Positions 14,168-28,487 are shown, numbered from the whole stretch's first letter. The stretch: DNA of 63,129 nt, filler included, from Bigelowiella natans CCMP2755 (GCA_000320545.1; 5 parts of 5 records of this genome joined end to end with filler, not necessarily neighbours in it); one strand, 5' to 3'. Program-made: numbers and translations. Notes: generated from the letters alone by a model not told the origin.

Positions 14168-14290
14168 TATAATAGACATAGTAATACACATATATAATAT
14201 ATATATTGTATTACGTGTCTATAATAATACTTATAATAGACATAGTAATACACATATATAATATATATATTGTATTACGTGTCTATAATA
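14168..14290. repeat. Two tandem copies (64-bp period) of an AT-rich hairpin unit
   Basis: tataatagacatagtaatacacatatataatatatatattgtattacgtgtctataata occurs at 14168-14226 and 14232-14290. Each copy has ATAGACA/TGTCTAT and GTAATACA/TGTATTAC arms. Confidence 0.9.
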
Positions 14291-14612
14291 GCTGTGCAAT
14301 GCAGCTACAACGCACATGTGACATAATGTCTTCTTCGTTCGATTGGTACGTACTGACATTTGTCACCACCGAGATCGAAAAGTGCGTCGAATGTCTCGAT
14401 GCCGCACTCCGTCATTCGCGCGCGTGCAATAAGCACATGCGCATGCGCTCTGTTTTGCCATTCATCTCGCTTTTGACGATAAAAATTCCAATGTTTCATG
14501 ACATCATCGATGGCTCTTTGAGTTGGTGCCGGGGCAAAGCATCGTTGACTAGTCATCGACGCCTTTAGCACTGCAACGCATACGACCGGTGTGAATTCTT
14601 CCCTAGTCCAAC

Positions 14613-15022
14613 TTAGAAGTATCCGGGAAGCTCAATGAAGCTACTTTTTCCTCCTGACACTGAATGCGGAACAAAAGAGACCGAGGGAGCGAGAGACGAG
14701 GAGGTGGTGGTGGAGGAGGAGGAGGAGGAGGAGAGAAGAATAAAGAAGCATGAGAGAAGTAGTTTATGAGCACCAACGAGGGAGACTGAGGGTCAAGAGC
14801 GACATGGTAGATGAGAAGGGAGCTACACCTTTGCTGTCTATATTGGTTTCGTCCGTAGTAAGGCCAAGGTCGTTCATATAACTCGCAAAACTCTTCAATG
14901 TAGCCTGAGCTCTCTTCTCAAACACGCTTGAATGACTGGAGGGGTCTGCTTCAACGCTCCGAGCGTAGTCCTGGGTGAAAGCGAATTAGAGACAAACAGT
15001 GAGCGGCAGCCGATGAGAAACC

Positions 15023-15058
<36 letters not shown>

Positions 15059-17797
15059 TATTTCGCTCTTATGTTCCTAATTCATATTCCCCTTCTCTTC
15101 ATCTCTACATCTCTACTCCGCTCTCGTTGTTGGTGGCGAGCAGTGTCATCAATCCGTCTACTATTCGAATCTAACAGTACTTGCACGTGGTGTAGGAGGT
15201 CTCGGAGGCGTGCTCTCTCTGAAGGCTGTCGCGCCTGATAGTTGAGTGAGGTGGATAACAATGGCAAACGGAAAGGGTAGGATATATTCGATGAGGGTCA
15301 AGTTGATGATGCTGCTGCCGCCGTTGGTGTTACTGCTGCTAAGCAGTACTAACAATGCTTTCCCCTAATACTTTTGCTACTACTACTACTGCTGCTACTG
15401 CTATTACCAAGTTTCTTATGGACTGTTGCGTGTTCTCCTTGCCGTGTGCGGAGGAGGCCTCGCGCGCTCGGCTGAGGAATGCTTTCACCTGTGAGATGCG
15501 ACATCGACGCAACCTTCTCAATTCATCATCACCACCACCACCACCACCACCACCACCACCATCATCATCATCATCCTCATCGATATCATCGGCATCAATG
15601 CAGTATCAACAGTAGCAGTGAGAAGTAGAGGCAATTGTAGTAGCAGTAGTAGTAGTGGTGCCGATGGTTGATGGCCCTTTTAGGACAGAGAATCAGTATC
15701 TCGGCAGCTGTTCCGACCTCAGAAAGAAACTTGATGAGATGTTGCTTTTGCTCCTGCTCGCCCTTCTTCTTACGATGATACCGGGCGCGGAACCGACTGC
15801 TGCTGCCGACAGCCTTCTTATCACTTGATGCGCCAGGGGCCTTGTCAACGAACCCCGTCTTTAACTCATCTGTGATGGAGGCGTTGAGCCTTGGAGAGAC
15901 TATCATATCGTCCCCCATCGGCACTTCTACCGTCGTAGCTGGGGCCTTTTCGGGGAGCTGTTTCTGGGGCGGAGGCATAGGCTTGGTAGTAATACTTGGG
16001 GTCGGCGGTGGTGTTGGCTTTGGGAGAACGCGCTCCTCTACCTTCTCTTTGTCCTCTTCTCCTCCCTTCTCCTCCTCCTCCTCCTCTCTCTCTCTCTCTC
16101 TCTCTCATCCTGGCCCTGGCCTTTTTCTTTTTCTTTTTCTTTGAAATAAAAAACTTTGGTTTTTTTTAAGTTTTTTAGGAAAAAAAAAAGGCCGCAAAGG
16201 CCAAAAAATCCCCCCCCCCCCCCCCCCCCCCGCACCCCCGCCCCTTGTTTCCGTTCCAAGACATAACCACCATTCATCTCCTTTTCCCACTAAATCTGGG
16301 GTACTATATTGAATGCAGCAGAAAGCGTTGCGTCTTTCATATATATCGATAACAGTAATTTTCTGTCGGAATAACATGCGATTGATTCTGCGCGTGTTTA
16401 CATTATCCTCTTCCTCCCTGCTCTCCTCCTCTTCCTCCTCTTCCTTTTCGGGCTGTTCCACTGACGAAAGGAGCGATTGGAGTTTAGTAGGGGCGGAGGG
16501 GGGGGACATCGTTTACTGCAACGCTCAATCAACATGCGCGCGCGCATTGGCACACACCAATTACTCTCCTCTATTTCCGCAGGGTCTACATCTAGCAATA
16601 CACTTTCTTGAATGAAGGACGTTCATCCGATGTTATGATCCTCCTCCTCCTCCTCCTCCTCCTCTTTCTTCTTTTTCTTCTTCGTTTTCTTCTTCCTACT
16701 GTACTACGCCAACTACTACTACCACTACTCTACTACTCTTTATAACTTATTATCATGGGGAAAGGTGCTTCTACCGCTCTCCTCTTCCTCGCTTTCCTCC
16801 TCCTCCTCCTCCTCTTCCTCATTCTTTTCTTGCTCTGATTCTTCCACTTCTTCCTCTTCCTCCTCCCTCACACTCTCCTCTTCCTCTTCTTCCTCTGCCT
16901 GGCTCTCCTCCTTCATATAGCACATCAATCTAGTCAGAAATGAATCGTGCTTATTAGCGACTGCTCGAGATTCTGAGAAGAATAACTTGGTGCACGCAAG
17001 CAAAAGGGGCTTCGAATGTGCCATTCAGCAGATAATGGCATCAGTTGTCATCATCATTATTTTCGGGGCAGACTCGGAATAAACATGGTAAAACTAATCA
17101 ACGAATTTCTCCTACGCTTGACCCAAGACAAGAAGCATCAGTGGCTTTTCGATCCGCCCAAACTCTCGTGAATATCGGATTACTATTTGGTTTTATCTAT
17201 GACCACTTCTTCTTCTTTCTCTGCTTCCTCCGGAGCCACTTTTTCTGGCTCCTCCCTCACCACAGGTGGGGTGGGCGGGATGGGCGGGGTGGGGGGGGGT
17301 GGCACAGGTGCAGCTGGCTTGTTCTCAGTTTCCTGGCAGCACTTATTCACTCGTTTTTCTAGATCGCTCAAAGCACTCTTGTCCGCCTTATTTTCCTTCA
17401 ATGAAGCGATCTCGCTCTGTGGGAGATGTATATAAATATATAAATATATGTATATGTATATATAAAATATATATTATTTATAACATATTTTGTGCATATT
17501 TCATCTGCAATCGTATATGTGTGGCGATGATATCCATGATGCGCTTGCTCGTGCCAACGTCACTTCATTATTGATTGCTGCATCGGAAGCAGAGAGAGCC
17601 AACCTTGAGTGCGTTGATTTCGTCGTCTTTCTTCTTTAGAGATGCATGAACCTTATCCAAAATCTGGACGATTTTATGGATGGAGACAGACACCCCTTCC
17701 TTCAATCCAACCATATCCTCCTGTTTGTGGCGCAGAGCAGCGTGTTGTCAGTAGTGTTACCATTAAATTCCAACAAGACCCGAAATCCAGCTATTAT

Positions 17798-17829
<32 letters not shown>

Positions 17830-18283
17830 TAACTACTACTGATGGCGCTTTGGTAGCGCCGCTTGTATTTTAGCGATTTAGCGTGGGGATGGAGAGCCAT
17901 CGGAGAGTTAACAGCTCGAAGAATTTTTGCCGCATCTTTTGTTTTATCCTCTCCCACTTCTATGATTCTCGCTTGGAATGACATTTGCTGCAGTAGAGCT
18001 TTCAGCTCTGCAGTACAGTCTTCATACTATAGTGTTTCAATTACATTAACTGTGGGTATGGCTGTGGGAAAGGCAGTCGGCATAGTTGTCGGGTTGTCGA
18101 TGATAACATCCTTGGCTTTTTTCTTCGCCTCCGTCGTTGGAAGCGGCGAAGGAGGCGTCGTCGGTGGGGACGGCGCGGCCTTAACGCAAGGCGCTCCTTC
18201 TGAATACAAGAGGGAATATGCAGGTTTGTTTGAGTGGGTTGGTATCAAGTAGTAGGACCCACAAAACGAAATGAGTGGGAGAG

Positions 18284-18327
<44 letters not shown>

Positions 18328-18734
18328 TTAAAGCGGAGGGGGGGGGAAGCTGTCATACACAAGGCTATCGAGCGGTTTCCCTTCTTCTTCTTCGCCTTTT
18401 TCTAGGCATCGACTGACTACGATGACCTTCTCCTGAGCAAGGTGGGACCTCTGGTTGTTCTGGTTTAGCAGGAGCCGAAATCATATCCCTCGTATTCGGG
18501 GACTGAGTGCCATCGATCGCATCAGCTTCGACAATGCCAGACGTAGACGATGATACAGCTGAACCAGGCGAGCCGATCTCCCCAGCATCATTCGCAACAA
18601 CGTAAGTGCTATCGAGGCCTAATCTTACAGGCCTTGGGCGTGTGTTGCTGAAGCACAGTGGGGGATTAGAAGAGGGGGAATTCAGGGTGTGGATAAGTAA
18701 GCTACTTGTTCCGCGCATGCCGAAATCTACCTCT

Positions 18735-18782
<48 letters not shown>

Positions 18783-19078
18783 TATATGAATGATGTTTGT
18801 TGATATGTAGTTACTGCATTACTCTGATCCTTCTCCAATATAGACCACCTCTCGAAATTGGGGCGTTTGCATCCCGTCTCGGTCGATCTCTGTAACAGCA
18901 ATATTAGTGGCAGGAAAGAGTTTGAGGGCTTCTTTCCTTTTTCGCTATCAAACATGGAGAAGATATATTCAGGCAGACCTTCAATAGAGCCGCTTTCCAA
19001 GTAATTACTGGCATGAGCTGATGCTAGGCAACACAGGATGAACCCGATCCGCGCTGCTCCGATGTTCTTGCCAAACAT
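14613..19078 (-). CDS. Secreted low-complexity (Pro/Thr- and Glu-rich, coiled-coil) protein, multi-exon
   Basis: ATG at 19078 with signal-peptide-like MFGKNIGAARIGFILCCLASAHA. P/T-rich exons at about 18030-18250, 17185-17415 and 15720-16040; an E-rich exon at 16775-16920. Last exon VSGGKSSFIELPGYF* is phase-consistent with the previous exon. Confidence 0.6.
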
Positions 19079-19614
19079 TGAGTTTCTCTGCGTGTTCCTC
19101 CTCCAAACTTTACTCCTCTTCTCACTCTAATCCAACTAAAGAAGGCAGGGGCGTGAAGAGTCTTTCCACTTCCTCGAAGTCGTTTTATTTCACAGGACTC
19201 CAGTGGGTGGGGCGAACGGCCGCTTTCAACAAGTCGGGCTGCAGGCGATACGAACTTGAGCTGGCGGTCTGTCGCACACAGGTGGTTTATTCGCTGCGTC
19301 AAGAAAATAATGGCCAAAATTGCCTTGCAGACCGCTGTGTTCTTTGGTTCAAAAATTTGAATTTTCTTTTCGAAAGCCACCACTCAAAAATGCCGATAAT
19401 TTAATTTTGCACCCGTAAAGAAAAAAGAAATGATTTCTTCGCAAGGAGCCATGCCCCTTAGATGTCGCGCAGGCGAAATCGCTCCTATTTTTTCGAATGG
19501 AAATTATCGGCGACTAGAAGTACTCTCGTCCCTGAAATGCCCCTGATTTGTGCATTTGCGACTGGGAAAATTGGATTTCATAAGGCTAAAATTGCCTCAA
19601 TTAGCAAACACACG

Positions 19615-21211
19615 ATGGCGACGTCCGCTGGTTGTGCCTCCCCCCCCTTCCATGCCCTGTTTCTATGTTTGACGGGATGGGCAGAGAGACGTGCATACCA
19701 TGATAACGATTTATGATTATATCAGTGAGATTTCTGCCTGTTTTGCATGTGGTAAGTGCAGCCTTGTTAATTTGTCCAAAGTCCAATTTCATGCCTCCAG
19801 CAGTTTGTTTCGCTTTAGAATGTTGTGGGTTCTTGCAGGTGGGCGGCGACAGGATAGTGCTATTCTGGATTTCTTCAGGCAGCTTGCTGCTGGAGGAGGG
19901 GCATCGGCAATAGCAAAGACCGCCATGGCACCATTCGAGCGAATAAGGATCCTTCTTCAAAACCAAAATATGGTATTTTTTTAAATTCTAAATTTGCTCC
20001 TTCCCTTTGGCGTGAACAAGATGTAGAGAAATAAAGGTGGTTCTTCGAGAGCCTTCTCGCTTAATTTAATTTCCTCTGAACTTCTATACTCTTTCTATAT
20101 GTGCCCCCTCTAATTGGATTCGATCACATTCTCAATCCAACAGATAGGGGACCCCAACTACGTCAAGTACAAGGGGCCGATCGACGCGATGTAAGTAAAT
20201 CAGCAAGACCTTACAGCTTTGGAATGCGTGCAAACTTACTTCTATCTATGACATGCGACCACCACCTCAATGGCTCTCCTCCCCACTGTTGGTTTAAAGG
20301 TTTCGCATACCCCAGGAGCAAGGGATAATGTCCTTTTGGAGGTTGTGTACTCTTTAAGAAAAATTGGGGAGTTTATACTAGCCCCTCCCCTTCCTTATAT
20401 TCACTTCTCTGCATTTGCTTTAACACGTACATTCATCTTCTTATTCAGGGGGAATCTTGCCAATTGCATACGCATAATGCCTACCTACGGAATTAGGTTC
20501 TCCTCGTGATCATATTAAGCATTTCTTCTCCATCAACATATTCATACTACTATATGGGAGATTCCTTAATGACATGACCCGTCTAAAAGAGCGCTGAGCT
20601 TATTCTCATCAAACGAGCTGCTCCTGTATGTAAGACTTAGGAATCTATCTCATTGTGATTTTATTGGGTTTTGGCTTGTTTCTAGATTCATCTTGTTTGA
20701 CCATTTCCAGCGGTTCTGCGGACAGGGGTAATTCTCTGTATATCATCGATGGATTCTGTCATTTGCCGATTCCTTTTCCTGCTTTTTACCTGACAATCGA
20801 GTTTCTCAACGACATGAAGCTTAGTTGCTTTGAGAAAAATCAACGTTTGAAGACATACCAATGTCTTTTGTTGTTCGTGTTTTGAGCGCATCTTGGTGAA
20901 CAGGAATTATAGATGTATTCTTGTTGGGAGTATGATTGTCACCGCATCGTCGTCGTCACCTTTTCTTATCATTGCCATCACCACCACCACCACCACCACC
21001 ACCACCATCACTATCATCACCGTCCTGCTGTTATCCTCATTAGCTACGAAGGATCGAAGTCCCTGCCACTCTCCAGGCAGATGGCCGCTGGGGCCCTTTC
21101 AGGTGCGTCTTGCTGTCGGAGTAGGGATTGGTACTGGTAGGGGTTAGAGAAGCAACATAATCCGGAGAGAAACAATATTTCGGGCATCTTTTCTTGTTCG
21201 ATGTGCGTACT

Positions 21212-21243
<32 letters not shown>

Positions 21244-22488
21244 AATATTGTATGCGAGTGCGTGCGCGTGCGCGCGCGCGCGCGCGTGTGTGTGTGTGGA
21301 TATTCTGTGCACGCGCGCGTATGTATGTGTATGTTATTCATAATATACAACATATTTAATAATATGTACTCACGTACACATATTTTTTAGTAAATGTGAG
21401 CAAATGCTGAATAACGTTGCTCTGTCTCTTGATACAGGCGCCACAACAATGATATTCACATACCCGCTCGATATACTACGCACCCGCCTCACAACAGACA
21501 TCACAAAGGTATCTGCGAATACCGCCCCTTTACATTGCCTTTATCTAGCTGGGGAGGGGAAAGCTGCCGTGCTGTCAAATGCGGGCTATGTTTGTGTTTG
21601 TGGTGGTGGTTGGCGGTTGGTTTACTTCCCTTTGGATCGATCGTAGGAGGGCCTCTACTCAAGCCTGGCAGATTTAACGAAGGACATCGTGAAAAATGAA
21701 GTAAGAGAACGGTGTTAAGGAGGTAGAGAAGTGGGTAGGAGATGTGCTTTTGCATTATCATCATCGTCGAAGCGACAACAATGATAACGATGATAAATGA
21801 TAACGATGATAACGATGCCCTTGACGATATCGTGCACCAACCTCCATCCCCCCCTCTTCTCCTTCTCTGGAATATACTACTTCATGTAGGGTTACCAGGG
21901 GCTTCTACAAAGGCATTAGAATATCAATATTGGAGATAGCCCCCTACACCGCCATTGCTATGGGCGGATATGAGTATCTACGAAAATATGCTGGTAGTAA
22001 AACGATGCTGCAGTGGTGATGGTGGTGTTGATAGCGAAGGCAATAGATCGCTAACAATGGTAATTTTGATGATGATGATGATGATGACGATGATGATGAT
22101 GATGCCTCGCTACATCTCTACATCAAGACGCCACAAGAAGTGGCTCCGCGATGACGATGTGAGTGGCGCAAGAATGAGCGACTGAGCAGCATCATCCCCC
22201 CCCCCCCCTTGCCCAACGGCCGTTCATAGGCGAATCACCGGTCAACAAGCTGGGCGCTGGCTGGTTCTCCGGACTATGTGGTATTCGAGGAAGATTCGTT
22301 TGAAGACAATCAATCAATTTTGGTCTTATTATAGTTGTCTTTTTGCCCTTCTTCGTTCTTCAAGGATCGTTGATTTGCTATCCGCTGGACACTGTGAAGA
22401 GGCAGATGATGCTTGATGGGGCGCGCGGTTACCAGTGTGCGTCAACACACAAACACACACACACGCACATATATGTATATATATAGTG

Positions 22489-22524
<36 letters not shown>

Positions 22525-23058
22525 TAAATATGTGTTTGTGTGTGTGTGTGTGTGTATGTGTGCAATATTTATTTCTTAGAATAGCTGTACATATTGACTT
22601 TCAAAAACTATGTGTTTGCGTATGTGCAAGACAATCTCCTTTTCCTTCTTTCCCCCCTCCTCCTTCTCTTCTGCTCTTCAAAAAAAAGCAACGAATACCC
22701 AAAATACCCAAAAAGTATTTCTTTATTTCCCCCTTCTTCTTCCCCTTCTGCTTCCTCTCTTACAGCAAAGTATAAGGGAGAGATAGCAAGGTGCATTAGG
22801 ATCATTCATGCGACGTATGGAATCAAGGGGTTTTACGGAGGCTGCCTGCTGAATGCTTTAAAGGTAAACAGCAGCTTCTACTCTGAAATTGGCACACAAT
22901 TGAGTCTATGATCGGCAAAAAATTATTTCCTCTCTATCTCCTTCTACTGGGCCCACTAATCCGTGTGTTTTGTGTGGTAGTCTTCCCCTGCAGCTGCTTT
23001 GACCTTCGTGCTCAACGACTGGCTGCGAGGCCTAGTTGGCTATCAAAAAAAGTTCTGA
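19615..23058 (+). CDS. Mitochondrial carrier family (SLC25) protein, adenine nucleotide/CoA carrier-like
   Basis: Three carrier repeats with Px[DE]xx[RK] signatures: APFERIRILLQ, YPLDILRTRL, YPLDTVKRQMML. Also SFWR/GNLANCIRIMP and GIKGFYGGCLLNALK. Last exon SSPAAALTFVLNDWLRGLVGYQKKF*. Confidence 0.92.
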
Positions 23059-23831
23059 ACAATGCTAGAATGCTAGCGAATGGACAGCCAAGATATCTAT
23101 CTTAGCTTCTGTTGCTAAGATTTAATGAATGCTGAGGAAAAGCGCATGGTGCATCAATGCGGTCTTGCATCGCTTGTAAATGGCTGCTAGCTAAGATCAG
23201 GAGCATGCTGCATGTGATTATTGTGCTCTAGTAGCTAGAGATGTGGAAGATTCAGAATTCGGCTAGCTAGTCGGGCCGGCTCATTGCTTCCTCATCTCTA
23301 GCTAGCTAGGTCTAGCTAATCGTGCCAAGCTAGCTAGATACATGCAGAAAAAGCTGAGGCAAGCCGCGAATGATGGACATCTTTATTTGCGCATGATTCA
23401 CATGCGCATCCGCCACCTGCTGTAGCATCGCGCATGTCGAAACATTCCTGTTATTGATGTCATTTCTGATTTCGACTCATGCACTTTCAAAATATCTAAA
23501 GATTACATATGCACACATGCGATGCGAGCGTTGCAGCATGTCTAGATGTGTGAGCAGTGTCATATATGTGCATTGTCCAGCTAATTATATGCGCCTCGCA
23601 CTTCTAAATGTCGACAAGTAGACTCGCATGGTTGTGCGCATCGTAGACAAACTATATATTGTTATTGGCATATATCTTGTAAAATTTTGGCTAGTTGGCT
23701 GCAAGCATCAAACCACGGTATTTCATTATTTTTGTTAGGGTTGTATTTGCTATAGTATTCAGAGCCTCGCAGCGCGACCTGGCATCTGGAAATATGAAAC
23801 AAATGGTTTAGCTTCTAATCTTTGATGTGTG

Positions 23832-23871
<40 letters not shown>

Positions 23872-23949
23872 GGGAAGAGATACATTTTTTTGCCGATTCA
23901 AATTATGCGAATTAGTTGATGACCCTTTTTGCATTTCTTGGGGGATGCA

Positions 23950-25190
23950 TAGGATGCATGGGATGCATCGGCATCGGTCTTCCCACCATGAATGGAGGAG
24001 GGCGACGCAACGGATGAGGTCCAGCTCTATTCCTGGAGCAATATAATATCGTGTAAATATATGTGGTTGCGTCTTATCCTGGTTATGTCGTGTGTTTGTA
24101 CCGAAAATACCTCTGTTGCATTCTCTTCATCATCATATCTCGAAGATACATTGCGTTCATCATGTGCAGGTTCCGAATGTCCATTGGATTTCTATTGTTG
24201 ACAATCACAACATCTACGTTTAGTTCAGGAATAGCGGAAGTTGATAAATTAGATAAAGAGAGAGTGAGAGAGAGGGGGGGGAGGGGGGGGAGGGGGAGGA
24301 AGAGAGAGAAGGGAAGGATTTAGAAGAGCTCAGTTGAAGTTATTGAACATCTGTTCTAATAGCATACAGCTAGCATTCGCTTCGCCGTATACATCCAACA
24401 AAGGGTAAACTTGGAGACTCTCTCATTTTCCAGACTTTTTCTTTAACCTGTTTCGAATTGGGGATGGCCCGGGAAGGAGGCCCCGATGTACTTTTTTAAT
24501 ATCATTCTTCTTGAGGAGAGGATCCATTTTTACTTGTTCACAGCTTGCAGCAAGGATATTCTTCGGGCGGAAATCGTCAAACGTAGACCAATTTTTGAGA
24601 TTTTCGAACTATCTGTATGTCGTACTATCATAAATGATCACGTAGCAAGATTTTTTTCGTTTTTCGGAGCTATGGGACGAAAAGTGCTTAAAATTGCTTG
24701 CATTTTCCCGTGAATAGGTCTTTCCGGGATGTCGTTCTGTGTTCATTTTTGCATACGAAGTGATACTCTCATGGAATCATACAAAAATGTGTGCACAACT
24801 AAAAATATCATGTCTTCTTGTGGAAACCGCATGTATTTTCTACTTTCTGACTGCGTTTTGAAGTGCAACACACATTGTCTATTTGTTGATGGGTGCTTAA
24901 ATAATGCAAGGAGGGGTGGTTCGTTTTAAAAAAAATAACTCAGTCTTACACATGTAGATCTATAAATGTCTACGATAAATTTTCTCCGTATCTCCATTTT
25001 CTCTCTCCACTCAATGATGCGGATAGAGGAAACGGAAAACGTACACCAATTTTAGCGAGGCTCTTCCGAACTTTTTGGAAGATCTTCTTCTCTCCTCTGT
25101 ATTCGAAAATACGAAGAGGGAACATGCGATGTAGAATCTTGGCGTATGCGAACAATTCCGCATGATAAGCGACATTTGGTTGTTACTCAA
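23950..25190 (-). CDS. Possible small multi-exon gene of unknown function
   Basis: Short AG..GT-bounded open segments (GEKKIFQKVRKSLAKI; VKEKVWKMRESPSLPFVG; DVVIVNNRNPMDIRNLHMMNA). Full model not resolved. Confidence 0.3.
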
Positions 25191-25247
25191 AGCGAAAAGA
25201 AGTCTGAGAATTTTATTTGTATTTATTGCCTGCAGTCGATCATCGAT

Positions 25248-25463
25248 ATGGCGACCAATTTTAAGACTCCTAGCTTCGCAGCAAACACAGCTAGTCTCGA
25301 TGGAGACAGCCTGAGTGCAGCTCCACCAGTAAATATGTCTTCTAAGGAGAAGCATTACGCATATTGTAAGTCTATTTTATAGTCTTGTATGAGGCGGACA
25401 CTAGATCATGCTCCTACTAACGACAAATTCAAACATGTCATAAGAATGTTATTTCTGCGTGCA

Positions 25464-25502
<39 letters not shown>

Positions 25503-27263
25503 TTGTCCAAGATCCATGTATTAATATATGACTATAGTGGTATATGTGTTTACCCCAATCGCGTCGATTTATATCGCTAGACTAAATGTTGCTACATGAC
25601 CCAAACATTCGAATAAAGGGAACATGACAAGATTTTATTGATATGGTATTTCATAATAAACGATTTTCCTACTTATGTTTTCGTCAAACAGTGAAGGAAA
25701 GGTACGGATTAGATTATCAAAAAAGAGAACCGACCAGACTTGGTGATGACCCTGAAATTGGAGCAAATTCTCCTAAAAGTGGGATTGCTAGGAGGATGGA
25801 TTCTAAGGACGTCGAACATGTCGAGGTACTTAGTCATTGTCCGCTACTGAGTTGTGTTTCCCGCCAAAACTACCAACAATTAAGGAAAAAGAGCCCAAGA
25901 CTGGATTCAAATACTTTCTCTACCATCACCATTCGTTTCTAGGGGTTTTCTGCGTTAAGGTAGGCAGAGCTTTCATATACCTTAAGTTTCTCACTTCCTA
26001 TGCGATTTATTTGGAATGGTCCATGCCATCATCGACTCTATCCGCGATGTATTTGACGATTCGAACTCATTTTGTAATCGCAGCACGCCGACGGACTGCC
26101 CCGCTACGCGCGTTTCTTCTTGTTCTTATTCTATCTACAAATCAACCTTCTCTTTGCTCTAACATTAAAGGATACAGGTTGTGTTGGAAAGCAGCAAAAT
26201 CATGCGGTACTGACTCGTTGTTTATTGTAGGTATGAGCTTTGCAGAGCGCTTGTTCCTTGCATCATTTCTTAGTGTCGGGTTCAGTATTACGATGTCAAT
26301 TCTTTTGAAGAATTGCGGATTCGAAATTTTCATGACCGGGGAGGGGAAATGTAAGTCTACGAGTGCGCAGGCATGCGGGGGCGGGCAGTGTAGAATTCTG
26401 CTGTTTCACATGGGAAAGATTCTCCGATTATTGCAAAATCTGATATGTATCGGCACTCCTCAGGTACGGAGCTGTTGGTAGTTTTCGTCATGATGGTGAT
26501 TCCTTCAACAATCTGCATCACGGTTTGGACTGTGCATCCTCATTCCGACCTTCCTACATAGAATCGCCATTTTTGCTAAAAAACATGTTGATATGTCGGA
26601 CACGACTCTTTCTATCCATCCACCTTCTCAGATTATAGTCGTATTCATATTCCGTCAAGATGATCAGGGAGAACTCGCACGTAAGCAGACGAAATAGAGA
26701 ACGTGAGTGGAGAGATTGGCATAGTTGAGTTCTTACCCGAGTTTCCGAATTTTATTTCTGTATATTTACTGATACATTTTTCAACACGAATTAGTGATTC
26801 TTTTCGCCTCGAGCACCGTCATTTCCCTCCTCCTCGAGACTATTTTTTGGTATGTGTGAAACAGTGGAATGACTAAGTGACAGTTACTGAGATAATCCTC
26901 AACGTAAGGGTTTTTGATAGATCCGAAGATTTATATTAAAACAGCCTGGTTACTTCTCAAACTGAACGTTCTTGGAATAGCACCGATTTTGTCTTTTTGA
27001 ATCATCTGCATGTCCTCTGTCAGGTATCTCGTCTATGACTGCTGTAAAAGTTATTGCTCGGTAATTAGCGATTCAAATCTGTGAATGATCGATTTTGACA
27101 AATTCAAAAATATTTCTCACTTTGGCACAAGTAACTTCGCTCTTCGTCCTGATCAATCGTAATCGCTTATTGCATCTTGGCATGTTGCCCTACACTGCTC
27201 GACGATGCTGAAGAGGCGCAAGCTGACGCGAAACATCGCAAGAAAAGTGTGAACAAATCGTAA
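25248..27263 (+). CDS. Multi-pass membrane protein of unknown function, multi-exon
   Basis: ATG at 25248 (MATNFKTPSFAANTASLDGD). Hydrophilic exon VKERYGLDYQKREPTRLGDDPE, then hydrophobic exons MSFAERLFLASFLSVGFSIT, ILFASSTVISLLLETIFW and IVIAYCILACCPTLLDDAEE. Confidence 0.5.
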
Positions 27264-28487
27264 TTCATATACTTACTTAAAATATGTTGTGTATTTTGAT
27301 AAATTTCTTTGCCACCATAATCATGATTTGATGTTTCGTTCTCCATGTTCGTTTAATGGTTCCATCATCTCGGTGCGCAGAGGAGCAAAACCAACGAAGA
27401 ATCAGAAGCTGACGATACGAGAATTACCATCATGCATTGAACCATGTCGCATAGTGCCTATCATAATGCCTTAACAATAATGAAGGAATTTTGTATCCAA
27501 CACATGATCACATGCTCTAGTGCTTGGCGACTACTGCGCGCGACACCCCGATCTCCACATCCAGACATTTAGCTTAGTTAAATTTGTTCGGACGAGCATT
27601 CTTGTCGTTTGTCTTGCGTTGGTGTGCACAGCTAATTGCAGCAATTGCTTGTCTTTTTTAGCTGTGGCAGACTACAAGCTAGCAAGGAGGTGTCGTGCAA
27701 GTGAAATGTGCCGCACGATCGCACTAGCGCAGATGGTGCATGCAGCACATCTGAACATCTTGAATGCAAGTGCATGCGTGCGTTGTGCGAATGGAACTTG
27801 CTAGCTTGTCTAGCTAGTTGTGTGTTCTGTGATTGATCGACGGCTCTGGCTAGCTAGCTAGCTAGCTAGGGCTGTCTAGCTGTGTTCACAACAAATGCAT
27901 GGTTCGATTACATCTAGATGTTGAAACAAATGCAGGCTGATTGCGCGATGAGTTCTGTTGATGCATTGATCCGTGTTCCTGCATGCTGGCATGCATCATC
28001 AGGCAAACGTGTGCGTGAACGCTTGTGGAACGTGGCCTAGCTAGCTAGCTTGCTAGTCTAGAAGTGATGCACACGCATTTTTTCATCACGGTGCACAGTG
28101 TTGCGTTGTTGATGGATCTAGACGTCCACAATCGGTATCGAAGCATCCAAGACGGGCCTAGCTAGCTAGGCATGGCTAGATGGTCTCACCTTTTCGATTG
28201 CATGGACTAGTGGAGTTCTGTTCTTCGGACAGACCCCTTGATCCGAGTCCACATCTGCGTTTCGCATCCTGCGACAACGTGTGCACCATGTCGCATTGTG
28301 CAACAGCATCGGAATATCTCGCCCACCATGTGGTAATTATTCTCTCGTAGATATTTAAGCACCAAAAAATTGATTGTCGCAAGGAATAAAACGAAGGGTT
28401 TCGTTTCTTTTTTTTAGTCGCGACAACCCCTGCCACAGCCCGTCGGAAGAAGCTGGAGATCGGATTTGTCCGGCCCTCCCTTCCCCG

